In this document: in pieces, positions 10,024 through 19,306 of the stretch
Numbering within the stretch: the first letter of the stretch is position 1
Layout of the letters: every line of letters begins with the position of its first letter
Source of the DNA: Deltaproteobacteria bacterium
GTDB taxonomy: Bacteria; Myxococcota_A; Polyangia; Polyangiales; Houyiibacteriaceae
NCBI GenBank assembly: GCA_019313915.1
Contig: JAFDAJ010000001.1
Coordinates: forward strand, 33,369-97,368
DNA length: 64,000 nt
Direction of reading: 5' to 3'
Position numbers and translations under genes: made by a program
The notes under the pieces: generated by a model
Seen by the model: only the letters and a program-made list of their open reading frames with translations
The model's database searches: none
Told to the model about the DNA's origin: nothing

Positions 10024-10048
10024 TGGCACTTGATCCCACAAGTTCCCA
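10024..10048 (-). promoter_or_regulatory. Candidate MraZ operator with three 5-nt boxes on a 10-nt period
   Basis: The minus strand reads TGGGA-ACTTG-TGGGA-TCAAG-TGCCA, 32-56 nt upstream of the mraZ start. This is the same TGGGN/5-nt-spacer direct-repeat architecture described for E. coli MraZ, although the third box is degenerate. A TTGACA hexamer (complement of 10083-10088) lies further upstream in a locally AT-richer stretch. Confidence 0.4.
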
Positions 10049-10285
10049 CCAAGGCTGGAAACTAAGGTGCGAGCTCCTCGGGTGTCAACTTCTTTCTGCA
10101 GCCCAAGTGATAGAATTCAAAAGGTTTTTCACGATGATGGAGATGCGTATCAGACCGGGAATCGGAGGTGGGAAGTCCACACTCTATCCCCAAGAACGTT
10201 TAGGCCCCGGCTCCCTGTTCCCCGCAGCTCACCTGGGGGCGATTCTGGCATGTATGATGCTTAATTCCGCCAGCATTGACCACGG

Positions 10286-10636
10286 GTGCCCGTGCTATCC
10301 TGGCGATCGGTGGATCCGATCGAGGAAGCGTGGGCGCGGGTCGAGGCCGAGTGGGGGAATGAGGGCGCACATCGACGGTTCGTGGGCGTGTGTGTGGCGC
10401 TCGATCGGCTACCGGAGGCCGGACAACGCTACCGGGAAGTCCGCGAAACCGACCCGGCCCGGCGAGATGAGGCGGCCAAGCAAATCGATACGCTGATCGT
10501 CCTGGCGACGCAGCAGCTGCAGGACACCCGCGTCGAGCCAGCCAGTCCCGAACACAAAAGGACGCTGACATGGGCTGCGTTCTTTATCATGTTGGTGTTG
10601 ATGGGGGCGGGGGTCTTGCTCTTGATGCGGGGGTAA
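10286..10636 (+). CDS. Hypothetical small helical protein with a C-terminal TM anchor
   Basis: 116 aa with good GC3 bias. The C-terminal hydrophobic segment is WAAFFIMLVLMGAGVLLLM. It ends 30 nt upstream of the MglA-like GTPase gene. I recognise no family, and the GTG start is uncertain. Confidence 0.5.
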   Translation: MPVLSWRSVDPIEEAWARVEAEWGNEGAHRRFVGVCVALDRLPEAGQRYREVRETDPARRDEAAKQIDTLIVLATQQLQDTRVEPASPEHKRTLTWAAFFIMLVLMGAGVLLLMRG

Positions 10637-10666
10637 CCCCGGACGGGAGCGGCTCCGCGACGAGGG

Positions 10667-11341
10667 ATGCAGGTAGATTTTGCCGCGAAGGAACTGACTG
10701 TGAAGCTGGTCTACTACGGGCCGGCGCTCAGCGGGAAGACGACCAACCTGCGGGCGATTCACTGGCTCGGTACGTCAAACGCTTGTGGTGAGCTCATGAC
10801 TCTCGAAACGCAGAACGACCGCACGCTGTTCTTCGACATGCTCCCAATCACGGTGAGCTCTCAGAGTGGGCTCAAGATTCGCTTGAAGCTGTTCACCGTA
10901 CCGGGGCAGGTGATGCACAACGCGACGCGGAGACTGGTTCTGCAAGGGACTGACGGCGTCGCGTTCATCGCGGACTCGCAGCGCAGTGAGGCGGACGCAA
11001 ACCGCGAGTCCTTCGTGAACCTCAAGCACAATCTCGAAGAGCTCGGGATCAACCCGGAGCGCATCCCAATTATCATTCAGTTCAACAAACGCGACATGGA
11101 AGATGTCCGCACGGACGAGGAGCTGGAAGCGATTGCGAAGCAAAGCCGGGAGCCGATCTTCAGAGCCGTCGCAACGCGAGGCTATGGCGTCATGCAGACG
11201 TTGCGTGGGTTGATTCGCGAGACCTGGGACAAGCTCGAGACGGAGCATCAACTCGAGAACAAATTCGGGATCAGCGCGGTCCGGTTCATGAACGAAATCG
11301 AATTGAAGTTGAAACACAATCCGGGGCGACGGGAGCGATGA
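10667..11341 (+). CDS. MglA-family Ras-like small GTPase
   Basis: 224 aa that aligns by eye with M. xanthus MglA. Shared motifs are KLVYYGPALSGKTTN (P-loop), NDRTLFFD (switch I with the intrinsic Arg), FTVPGQ (switch II) and QFNKRD (G4). It carries about 30 extra C-terminal residues. Confidence 0.85.
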   Translation: MQVDFAAKELTVKLVYYGPALSGKTTNLRAIHWLGTSNACGELMTLETQNDRTLFFDMLPITVSSQSGLKIRLKLFTVPGQVMHNATRRLVLQGTDGVAFIADSQRSEADANRESFVNLKHNLEELGINPERIPIIIQFNKRDMEDVRTDEELEAIAKQSREPIFRAVATRGYGVMQTLRGLIRETWDKLETEHQLENKFGISAVRFMNEIELKLKHNPGRRER

Positions 11342-12744
11342 TGCAGGACGACACCAACGCCGCCGACATCTTGATGGGAGACGTCGTTCGTCTGGAAGAC
11401 GTGCTGAGCCGCGATTCGGTGACGTCGGTTTCCAGGTCGTTCTTTGCATTATTCGGGCTTCCCGTTCGCATCATCTCCCACGAGGGCGATCTTCTCGCGG
11501 ACGTGCATCGCGACCGCCCGCTCTGCAACTACCTCAACACGCTGAGCAACGGTCAGCGCGCATGCGCGAACACGGTAAGTGTGGTTCGGGACCTGGAGCC
11601 GAACGGTCAGACCATCGTTCACCCTTGCTTCACAGGAGCGGTCTACCGAATCGTGCCGCTCGAGTACCAGGGTCGTCCGATCGGTCGCCTGATCGTGGGT
11701 CCATACGTCCCCGCTGAAACTCAGGGGCCACCTGCGTCGCTCTTGTCGATCGACGCCGCGATCGACGTACCGAGCGCCCGCGAGCACTTCGATCGAATGC
11801 CGCGCGTGCGGCAAGACATCGCCGAAGAGCTCTGTTCCCACCTCAAAGGAGTGTTGGAGCTACTCGTCTTCTCGGGTCACCGCGCCCAGCTCGCGTCGAC
11901 GATGCAAATCGCCAACGTGCGAGAAAACTACAGAGAGCTGGCCGAGAAAAACGAGGCACTGAAGACGTCCTATGACGAGCTGAAACAGGTCGACCAACTC
12001 AAGTCTACCTTCTTGGCCACGGTGAGCCACGAGCTCCGAACCCCGCTCACCTCGATCATCGGCTACACCGAGATGCTCGAAAGCGGCAGCGCGGGCGCGC
12101 TCAGTGACGGACAAGCGGAATTCCTGAAGACGATTCGTACCAAGGCCGACCAGCTACTGGGCTTGATCAGCAGCCTCCTCGACCTCGGTCGCCTCGAAGC
12201 CAAGAACCTCGAGCTCCACCACGAAGCCGTCGACCCGCACGCCCTGCTCTCCGATGTGGGTTCCACGATTGTGCCCAATGCCAACCGGCGCAACGTCACG
12301 CTCGACATCAAGGTTGCGGACGGAGCCCCCAAGATCTGGGGGGACCAGGTTCGGCTGCGTCAGATTCTGCTCAACCTCGCCGACAATGCGTTGAAGTTTA
12401 CACACGAAGGTGGCGAGGTGGTCCTCGGGGCGGAGGCGGGCGAGCTCGACGCTGTGGGCCCGTCGGGACTGGGTGCCGCCTTGTTCGCGGCCAGCCGGCC
12501 AGCTGTGGTTCTGACGGTGCGCGACACGGGCATGGGCATCCCTGAAGAGAACCTCGCCAGGATTTTCGATGCCTTCTATCAAATCGACGCCGGGACGACG
12601 CGAGCCCACGGCGGTGCTGGGTTGGGATTGTCGATCGTCAAACAGCTCGTCGACGGCCACAACGGGACGATTGAGGTGGCAAGCGCCCTTGGTGAGGGCA
12701 CAATCTTCACCGTGAGGCTCCCAGCCGCCGACGCCAATGCGTGA
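11338..12744 (+). CDS. Cytoplasmic sensor histidine kinase with an N-terminal PocR-type sensory domain
   Basis: 468 aa with an ATGA overlap onto the GTPase stop. The PocR-like signature is PLCNYLN...GQRACANT...HPCFTGAVYRIVPLEYQGRPIGRLIVGPY. The kinase motifs are the H-box SHELRTPLTSIIGYTEML, the N-box NLADNALKF, G1 DTGMGI and G2 GGAGLGLS. It has no TM segment, no receiver domain and no adjacent response regulator. Confidence 0.9.
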   Translation: MMQDDTNAADILMGDVVRLEDVLSRDSVTSVSRSFFALFGLPVRIISHEGDLLADVHRDRPLCNYLNTLSNGQRACANTVSVVRDLEPNGQTIVHPCFTGAVYRIVPLEYQGRPIGRLIVGPYVPAETQGPPASLLSIDAAIDVPSAREHFDRMPRVRQDIAEELCSHLKGVLELLVFSGHRAQLASTMQIANVRENYRELAEKNEALKTSYDELKQVDQLKSTFLATVSHELRTPLTSIIGYTEMLESGSAGALSDGQAEFLKTIRTKADQLLGLISSLLDLGRLEAKNLELHHEAVDPHALLSDVGSTIVPNANRRNVTLDIKVADGAPKIWGDQVRLRQILLNLADNALKFTHEGGEVVLGAEAGELDAVGPSGLGAALFAASRPAVVLTVRDTGMGIPEENLARIFDAFYQIDAGTTRAHGGAGLGLSIVKQLVDGHNGTIEVASALGEGTIFTVRLPAADANA

Positions 12745-13687
12745 CGAGTTTGCCAAGATCGAGTGGCTGAAGACCCGCTTCGACCTCGACGGCGACTCCA
12801 AGAAGGTCCTCGTCAGCATCGGGGACGACGCGGCGGTGATCGACTTTGGCAACCGGCCGACCATCATCACAGTCGACACTCAGGTGGAAGACGTCCACTT
12901 TCGGCGTGACCTGATCTCCTCCCGTGATTTAGGGTTTCGTGCGATGGTCGCGGCCGCGAGCGACGTTTGGGCGATGGCTGCGATGCCGAGCGCCGCCGTC
13001 GTCGCGCTCACCCTTCCCCCGGACTTCCCGGACGAAGAGTTTCGCGAGTTGATCGAAGGACTTGCCGAGGCCGCGCGCATCACGGGAGCCCGCGTCGTCG
13101 GCGGCAACTTGAGCCAAGGCGCATCGCTGTCGGTGACGACGACTGTTTTTGGCTTACCCATCGCAGAGCCAGTGACCCGACATGGGGCGCAAGCGGGCGA
13201 CTCGGTCTATGTGACCGGGACGCTGGGCTCGGCCGCACTCGGGCTCGCCATCCTGCAAGCCGGTGCGCCCGGTCTCGAGCACGCCGCGAGCTTCGTCGAC
13301 CGTTGGAAACGGCCGCCGACAAATGGTCACGCGGCCAAGGGACTCGCGGACTTCGCGACCGCAGCGGTCGATGTCTCCGATGGCTGTCTGCAAGACCTCC
13401 ACCACGTGTGCGCCGCGTCGGGCGTTGGTGCGACATTGCGCGCCGACGCAATCCCAGCTTCACCCGGTTACCAGTCGATATGCGAAGCGCTCGAACTCGA
13501 CCCGGTGGTGCTCGCGCTCACCGGTGGCGAAGATTACGAGCTGATATTCACTGCACCGGAATCCTCCGAGGCTAGCGCGTTAGGAACGAAGATCGGCGAG
13601 ATCATCGATGGCTCCGGCGTTGAGGTCGTCGACGAAGCTGGTCGGGTGATCGACATCGAGCGAACCGGCTTCCGTCATTTCTCGTAA
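12737..13687 (+). CDS. thiL: Thiamine-monophosphate kinase
   Basis: 316 aa in the AIR-synthase-related fold with GDDAAVI and a C-terminal GGEDYELIFT. It is collinear with E. coli ThiL and overlaps the kinase gene 3' end by 8 nt. Confidence 0.9.
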   Translation: MRDEFAKIEWLKTRFDLDGDSKKVLVSIGDDAAVIDFGNRPTIITVDTQVEDVHFRRDLISSRDLGFRAMVAAASDVWAMAAMPSAAVVALTLPPDFPDEEFRELIEGLAEAARITGARVVGGNLSQGASLSVTTTVFGLPIAEPVTRHGAQAGDSVYVTGTLGSAALGLAILQAGAPGLEHAASFVDRWKRPPTNGHAAKGLADFATAAVDVSDGCLQDLHHVCAASGVGATLRADAIPASPGYQSICEALELDPVVLALTGGEDYELIFTAPESSEASALGTKIGEIIDGSGVEVVDEAGRVIDIERTGFRHFS

Positions 13688-14850
13688 AGCCAAGCTTGAC
13701 GACGCTCATCGTCGAACTTGGCGGCGCCACGTGCTTCTTCTGCGAGCACTTCATCGAGTGATGCGCCCTCTTCAACCGTCATGCGAAACTCGGGACCGCC
13801 CGTGAGCAGGTCGATCGCGGGGCGATCGGACACGAACTCGTACTTCTCGGTTCGCCAACGCTCTTCCGCCGGAAGCGACGGAAGCACGGCCGCGAGCATC
13901 CGGAGATAGGCCTCGTACGGACGAAAGACCCAAGGGTCGGTGACATGGACCTGGACGCCGGAACAACTTCGGCCGGCGTATTTGTGAAACGTTGGTGTGA
14001 ACTCGACGGGCCGTAGCGTGACGCCGTGGAGGTCGAGCTCCAATAGGGGGCCCACATCCAGGCCTGGCGCTCCCCAGAGCTCGAATGGCCTGGTGGTTCC
14101 TCGCCCTTCGGAGAGCTTGGTGCCCTCGACCATACATCCGCCCGGATAGACCAACGCGGTATCGACGGTCGGCATGTTGGGCGACGGCATCACCCAGGGA
14201 AGGCCGGTGTCGTTCCATTGCATCGAACGGGTCCAACCGGTCATCGTGACTATCTGTAATGCGTCGCGGTCGATGCGCTCGCGGTCGCAGACCCACTGCA
14301 TGAGCTCCGCAATGGTCAGCCCATGCCTCACGGCCACCGGGTACAATCCTACGAACGAGAGATAGCCTTCGCGCTGTGGCGCACCCTCCACGCGCGCGCC
14401 GCCGATGGGATTGGGACGATCGAGCAGAACGACGTCGGTCCCGACCGCCGCCGCGACTTTCATCGTGAGCGCAGCGGTCCACACATACGTGTAGTAGCGC
14501 GACCCCACGTCCTGCAGATCGATGACAATCGCATCCAAGCCTCTCAGCCACCCCGGCTTCGGGCTCAAGTCTTCAGCGTCATCTCCGTAGAGCGAATAGA
14601 CGGGAACGTCGGTTTCGTCGGTGTTCCCGACGCGGACCATGTCTTGCGCGGCCCCCGCAAACCCGTGCTCGGGTCCGAACAACGCGGCGACATGAGCCCC
14701 TGCGCCCTGCAGGACCGAAGCCGCTGAGCGGAGCGAGCGATCGACGCTAGCCGCGTGCGCCAGCAATCCCACCTTTCGTCCCGCAACCAGGCGCACGGCG
14801 TCCGAATCACCATCGGCGATGCGGTCGAGGCCTGTTCGAACGCCTGTCAA
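13675..14850 (-). CDS. DUF1343 family protein (NamZ-like exo-beta-N-acetylmuramidase family)
   Basis: 391 aa. The N-terminus GLDRI...[11 protein letters not shown]...LFGPEHGF and its length are typical of DUF1343/YbbC (NamZ). The 3' end overlaps the convergent thiL by 13 nt. Confidence 0.8.
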   Translation of the reverse strand: MTGVRTGLDRIADGDSDAVRLVAGRKVGLLAHAASVDRSLRSAASVLQGAGAHVAALFGPEHGFAGAAQDMVRVGNTDETDVPVYSLYGDDAEDLSPKPGWLRGLDAIVIDLQDVGSRYYTYVWTAALTMKVAAAVGTDVVLLDRPNPIGGARVEGAPQREGYLSFVGLYPVAVRHGLTIAELMQWVCDRERIDRDALQIVTMTGWTRSMQWNDTGLPWVMPSPNMPTVDTALVYPGGCMVEGTKLSEGRGTTRPFELWGAPGLDVGPLLELDLHGVTLRPVEFTPTFHKYAGRSCSGVQVHVTDPWVFRPYEAYLRMLAAVLPSLPAEERWRTEKYEFVSDRPAIDLLTGGPEFRMTVEEGASLDEVLAEEARGAAKFDDERRQAWLYEK

Positions 14851-15800
14851 TCGGCCTCACCCACCGCAGGCGCCTCGGTGGTTTCGCCAGCGAGAAGATA
14901 GAGGAGCGCCATGCGCACGGCGACGCCGGCTTCGACCTGTTCGAGGATCACGCTGCGTTCGCCGTCGGCGATGACGTTTTCGATTTCGACGCCGCGGTTC
15001 ATCGGCCCAGGGTGCAGGACGATCGCATCTGGCTTTGCGTACTGAATCGTAGCCGGGCCAATGCCAAACGTGCGCGCGTATTCCCGAGGGCTCGGCAGAA
15101 GCGCGCCCGTGAGACGCTCTCGCTGAATGCGCAGGACCATCACGACATCGGCCCCTTCGAGACCTTCCTCGAGCCGGTCGAACACTCGTACGCCGAGGGA
15201 GTCGACCGCCGCTGGAAGCAGTGTGCGTGGCCCGACGACCCGCACCTCGCATCCAAACAACTTCAGCAGGTGCGCGTTGGACCGCGCAACGCGTGAGTGG
15301 GCGATGTCGCCAACGATGGCGACGACCAAATTGTCGAGTGTTCCCTTTTCCCGCCGAATGGTGAACGCGTCGAGTAGCGCCTGGGTGGGATGCGCATGCA
15401 TCCCATCACCAGCATTGATGACGCTGCACCCGATCTTGGAGGCGACGTAGCTCGGCGCGCCCGAAGCATCGTGTCGAATGACGATCACGTCGGGATGCAT
15501 CGCCTCGAGCGTCCGGCAGGTGTCCTGTAAAGTCTCGCCTTTTTTCACGCTCGATGCGGACACGCTCATGTTGATGACGTCGGCGCTCAGGCGCTTGCCG
15601 GCGAGCTCGAATGAGGTCCGGGTCCGGGTCGATGCCTCGTAGAAGAGGTTGATGACCGTCTTGCCGCGGAGCGTCGGCACCTTGCGCACCGGCCTGCGGG
15701 ACACCTGGAGGAAGGCCTCCGCCGTGTCGAGGATGCGCTCGACGTCGACGCGGGTGAGGCCTTCGATGTCGAGGAGGCTGCGATGGGGAAACGCGTCCAT
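14847..15800 (-). CDS. pyrB: Aspartate carbamoyltransferase catalytic subunit
   Basis: Carries the STRTR motif ([11 protein letters not shown]) and the HPTQ motif ([10 protein letters not shown]). The start is trimmed to [15 protein letters not shown], which abuts the pyrR stop. Confidence 0.93.
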   Translation of the reverse strand: MDAFPHRSLLDIEGLTRVDVERILDTAEAFLQVSRRPVRKVPTLRGKTVINLFYEASTRTRTSFELAGKRLSADVINMSVSASSVKKGETLQDTCRTLEAMHPDVIVIRHDASGAPSYVASKIGCSVINAGDGMHAHPTQALLDAFTIRREKGTLDNLVVAIVGDIAHSRVARSNAHLLKLFGCEVRVVGPRTLLPAAVDSLGVRVFDRLEEGLEGADVVMVLRIQRERLTGALLPSPREYARTFGIGPATIQYAKPDAIVLHPGPMNRGVEIENVIADGERSVILEQVEAGVAVRMALLYLLAGETTEAPAVGEAD

Positions 15801-16339
15801 CACCCTCCCTCCGTGAGCACCGCCCGATCTGGCCCGGCAGCGTCTATCCAAACGTCGAGGCGTGCACCCGCGTCCATTTCGATGGCACGGCCGACGAAGT
15901 CCGGTGCGATTGGAAGCTCGCGGCCCCCGCGATCACAAAGCGCCGCAAGCCAAATTCGCGCTGGGCGCCCGTGGTCCTGCAGGCACTCGATGGCCGCACG
16001 CACTGTGCGCCCCGTGTGGAGCACATCGTCGACCAGCACGACGTGTCGGCCGTTCACTTCGAACGGGATGTCGCTCGGCCCTATCTTGGGGTTGGGAAGC
16101 GCCGTTGCCGCATCATCGCGATAGAGTGAAATGTCGACCGTCCCCACCGGCGGCGGCCTGCCCTCGACCTTCGCAATCTCGTCTGCGATGCGCATCGATA
16201 GCGCGACCCCGCCGCGACGAATGCCAACCAAAGTCAGGTCTTCGATGCCCGATGTCGCTTCCAGAATCGCAACAGCAATGCGTCGAATGCTCCGTTGGAT
16301 AGCGTCCGCATCGAGTACGACCTTCTGGGTTCGAGCCAC
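15800..16339 (-). CDS. pyrR: Bifunctional pyrimidine operon regulator/uracil phosphoribosyltransferase PyrR
   Basis: Carries the PRPP-binding motif [13 protein letters not shown]. The start is trimmed to the GTG giving (V)[21 protein letters not shown], which aligns with the B. subtilis PyrR N-terminus MNQKAVILDEQAIRRALTRIA. The ORF-track start at 16402 would add 21 unmatched residues. Confidence 0.88.
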   Translation of the reverse strand: MARTQKVVLDADAIQRSIRRIAVAILEATSGIEDLTLVGIRRGGVALSMRIADEIAKVEGRPPPVGTVDISLYRDDAATALPNPKIGPSDIPFEVNGRHVVLVDDVLHTGRTVRAAIECLQDHGRPARIWLAALCDRGGRELPIAPDFVGRAIEMDAGARLDVWIDAAGPDRAVLTEGG

Positions 16340-16379
16340 GTTCGGCGCAGTGTGTGTGAAAACACCGTGCGCTTCAAGC

Positions 16380-17153
16380 CTAGGCGACCGACAGGCCCCC
16401 ATCGATGGTAACCAGGCTTCCCGTTTGCCAAGTTTGATCGAGCACGTTGATGATGACAGCGGCGATTTCCTCAGGCTTTCCGAGCCGGCCCAAGGGATGC
16501 AAAGCTGCCAGCGCCGCGAGCTGGGTCTCGACCCGCTCGTCGAGCTGCGCTGCAGTGAGAGACTCGCCTGGGCGCAGGCGCGGGGTACGCAGCATGTCGG
16601 TATCCACGCCGCCTGGCAGCACCGCGTTCACCCGCACGCCGGCGGAGGCGAGCTCGAGAGCAAGACCTTTGGTGAGCGTATTCAGGGCGGCCTTGGTCGC
16701 TGCGTAGACCACCGTCGTACGTGCAACGCGCTCGGAGAGCGTGCTCGAGACGTTGACGATCGACCCTCCCCGGCCACGAAGATGCTCTGCGACCGCTTGC
16801 GACATCAGAAGCGGCGCGACCAGGTTGACGCGCACCTGAGCCTCGATCGATTCGAGGGTGATGGCCCCAACTGGTTCGTAGCTGGCGATCCCGGCGCAGT
16901 TCACCAATCCGTCGACGGACCCAAACGCGTCGATCGCGCGCTTCGCCGCCTCGGGGACACGAGCCACGTCCTCGAAGTCCACGGACACCGTCCGGACACG
17001 GTCTGCCGCGGACGCTTCGAGCGCCCCTAACGCCTCCTGGTTGCGCGCGATCGCGACGACCTTCCCGCCGCGCGACAGGATCGCCTCGACCGTCGCGCGT
17101 CCAATGCCGCGAGTCGCGCCAGTGACGATAACAGTGCCTTCAGAAACTGTCAT
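16380..17153 (-). CDS. Short-chain dehydrogenase/reductase (classical SDR)
   Basis: Carries TGATRGIGRA (cofactor binding), NAG (NCAG) and the catalytic YAATKAALNTLTK (YxxxK). It starts at MTVSEGT, immediately after the stop of the upstream FolB-cupin gene. Confidence 0.85.
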   Translation of the reverse strand: MTVSEGTVIVTGATRGIGRATVEAILSRGGKVVAIARNQEALGALEASAADRVRTVSVDFEDVARVPEAAKRAIDAFGSVDGLVNCAGIASYEPVGAITLESIEAQVRVNLVAPLLMSQAVAEHLRGRGGSIVNVSSTLSERVARTTVVYAATKAALNTLTKGLALELASAGVRVNAVLPGGVDTDMLRTPRLRPGESLTAAQLDERVETQLAALAALHPLGRLGKPEEIAAVIINVLDQTWQTGSLVTIDGGLSVA

Positions 17154-17154
17154 C

Positions 17155-17901
17155 TCAACCCAAGCCCGCAATCGGACCCCAGGGTGGCTCGGCCGGAACG
17201 TCGGCCGGTTCCCCGCTCACCTCAATCTCGTCCTCAGGAATGAAGCGGGGCAAGTCGACGCAGAGGATGCTCTGGTGCCGGTCGGTCGGATTCGTGTAGG
17301 TGTGCGCGGCGCCCCTCGGCCATCGGTGCACCGTCCCGGGCGCGCACGGCTGCCCCTGACACAGCAGCCCGTCGCCCAACACCATCTCGGACTCTCGCAT
17401 CTGCTGATGCACGTGAAGCGGGATGCTCTTGCCGGAAGCGACGTTCAGACGGTAGATGCCGGCGCCCTTGGTCTCGTAGATCACGTCGACGGTACCGAAG
17501 GGCTTGGTTTCGACCTCGACGTTGCACCATGCGGCAGTGCGCTCGATCTCGAGCGAGGGTACCGCGAAGCCACGCAGAGCGCCGGGCTTGGTGAGACGGA
17601 CGACTGCGGAGTCGACCTGAGCGCGGCGCTCGTCGGGCGCGGGAGGTGCGAGGAGATACCGAGCGAGCACGTGCCCAGCGGTTTCGAGCAGACGGAAGCG
17701 GCAGCTGCGCAAGAGGAACACCATCTGCGACGCAGTCGCGGCGTAGTCGATCGTGGAGCGCAGACTCTCCTTGACCGCCGACGTTTCGGTTTGCAGACGC
17801 ATCTCGACGTCGACGCGGAGCGGCTGCGAGGCGTTGCGCTCGTGCGGGTACACCCCGACGACGCAGTCGACCGTCAGCTCCTCGATGCGCAGGACATCCA
17901 T
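17155..17901 (-). CDS. Dihydroneopterin aldolase (FolB/FolX)-like domain fused to a C-terminal cupin domain
   Basis: The N-terminal half is collinear with E. coli FolB: GVYPHER vs GVYDWEQ, DYAATA vs SYADIA, LLETAG vs LVERVA, and RLTKPGA vs KLSKPGA. The C-terminal half has cupin motif 1 (near match, GKSIPLHVHQQMRESE) and a perfect cupin motif 2 G(X)5PXG(X)2H(X)3N (GTVHRWPRGAAHTYTN). The start is uncertain, either M at 17901 or M at 17952. Confidence 0.75.
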   Translation of the reverse strand: MDVLRIEELTVDCVVGVYPHERNASQPLRVDVEMRLQTETSAVKESLRSTIDYAATASQMVFLLRSCRFRLLETAGHVLARYLLAPPAPDERRAQVDSAVVRLTKPGALRGFAVPSLEIERTAAWCNVEVETKPFGTVDVIYETKGAGIYRLNVASGKSIPLHVHQQMRESEMVLGDGLLCQGQPCAPGTVHRWPRGAAHTYTNPTDRHQSILCVDLPRFIPEDEIEVSGEPADVPAEPPWGPIAGLG

Positions 17902-17950
17902 GCGACCAAGGCTATCCCATTTCGAGACTTCTGCTAGAGTCCCGCCTTCC

Positions 17951-19228
17951 ATGAGCGAGGCCAACTCCGATCCCATGAACGACATCGCGGAGCTCGCTGC
18001 CTTTCGACCCGTCCCGCGCACAGGAGTGATCTACGTCACGGTCGAGGCCCAGAAGCGTGGTTTTAGCCTCGATGCGCCGGGGTGGTGCAACCTCGGACAA
18101 GGCCAACCTGACACCGGCGAGCTTCCCGGCTCCCCCAATCGCGTGACCAACATCCCAGTGCGCTCGGGCGACCTCGACTACGCGCCGGTTGCGGGTGTGT
18201 GGGAGCTCCGCGAAGCGGTTGCCGGGCTCTACAACACTCTGTTCCGCCGCGGGATGAAGTCACGGTACTCGGCGGAAAACGTTTGCATCGCAGGCGGCGG
18301 CCGCGTCGCGGTGATGCGCGCCTGCGCAGCGATTGCACCCATTCACCTCGGGCACTTTCTGCCCGACTACACCGCCTATGAAGAGCTGCTCGACGTGTTC
18401 CGGCGGTTCTTGCCGATCCCGATCTTGCTCGACCCGAAGCAAGGATACGAGTTCACTCGGGAACAGCTCGAAGAAGAGATTCTCGGACGGGGCCTGAGCG
18501 CGATTCTAGCGAGCAACCCCTGCAACCCGACAGGCAAAGTCGTGCAGGGAGACGCGCTCGCCAGCTGGGTCGAAGCGGCACGGGATTTGAACTGCGCGCT
18601 CCTGCTGGACGAGTTCTATTCGCACTACGTGTGGACCGGAGACCAGTCGATCGTCAGCGCTGCGCAGTACGTCGAAGACATCGACAAGGACCCTGTTGTC
18701 GTGTTCGACGGTCTCACGAAAAATTGGCGCTACCCGGGCTTCCGCGTCAGCTGGATTGTCGGTCCGAAGCGCGTCATCGAGTCCGCCGCGAGCGCAGGCT
18801 CGTTTCTCGATGGCGGCGGGGTCGCACCAATGCAGCGGGCCGCGATCGACCTCGTCCAAGAAGAGCCGACGCTTGCAGAAGCGAAAGCCGTGCACGACGA
18901 GTTCAAAAAGAAGCGGGACTTTCTCGTGAACGGTCTGAAAGACATCGGCGTGAGGTTCGACCTCGAGCCACAGAGCACCTTCTACGCATGGGGAGACCTG
19001 AGCGGCCTGCCGCCTTCGCTTCGCAACAGCGACGACTTTTTTCGGGCTGCTCTCGATCGGCAGGTCATCTGCGTGCCAGGGCACTTCTTCGATGTGAACC
19101 CAGGCAAGCGGCGAACGGGCCGCCCGTCGAGGTTCGTCGAGCACATGCGCTTTTCGTTCGGGCCACCGATGCCAGTCCTCGAAGAGGCCGTCGATCGGCT
19201 CCGCGCCATGGTGGCGGACGCCACGTAG
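17951..19228 (+). CDS. Pyridoxal-phosphate-dependent aminotransferase (class I/II fold)
   Basis: 425 aa from MSEANSDPMNDIAELAAF. Collinear class I aminotransferase features include SNPCNPTG and a conserved Lys region (DGLTKNWRYPGFR). The first 66 codons of the ORF-track model overlap the divergent gene and were removed. Confidence 0.85.
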   Translation: MSEANSDPMNDIAELAAFRPVPRTGVIYVTVEAQKRGFSLDAPGWCNLGQGQPDTGELPGSPNRVTNIPVRSGDLDYAPVAGVWELREAVAGLYNTLFRRGMKSRYSAENVCIAGGGRVAVMRACAAIAPIHLGHFLPDYTAYEELLDVFRRFLPIPILLDPKQGYEFTREQLEEEILGRGLSAILASNPCNPTGKVVQGDALASWVEAARDLNCALLLDEFYSHYVWTGDQSIVSAAQYVEDIDKDPVVVFDGLTKNWRYPGFRVSWIVGPKRVIESAASAGSFLDGGGVAPMQRAAIDLVQEEPTLAEAKAVHDEFKKKRDFLVNGLKDIGVRFDLEPQSTFYAWGDLSGLPPSLRNSDDFFRAALDRQVICVPGHFFDVNPGKRRTGRPSRFVEHMRFSFGPPMPVLEEAVDRLRAMVADAT

Positions 19229-19264
19229 CCGCAGCCCCAACTAGCCGAAACTAGATCGAAATTC

Positions 19265-19286
19265 GCCGCTTCCGCGCGGCCTTTTT
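19265..19286 (+). terminator. Candidate intrinsic terminator downstream of the aminotransferase
   Basis: GCCGC-ttccgc-GCGGC hairpin (5-bp GC stem) followed by CTTTTTGCGCTTTG, about 37 nt after the stop at 19228. The stem is short, so this is tentative. Confidence 0.35.
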
Positions 19287-19306
19287 GCGCTTTGTCGTTC
19301 ATGTAG

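Noticed and set aside
10023-10496. 157-aa plus-strand ORF spanning the mraZ upstream region.
   Set aside because: It crosses the AT-richer promoter region and overlaps, out of frame, the better-supported 116-aa gene. It has no motifs and poor codon bias in its first half.
16340-16402. PyrR-binding attenuator hairpin upstream of pyrR.
   Set aside because: There is no match to the ARUCCAGAGAGGYU binding loop in the short leader, and the region is only about 40 nt long.
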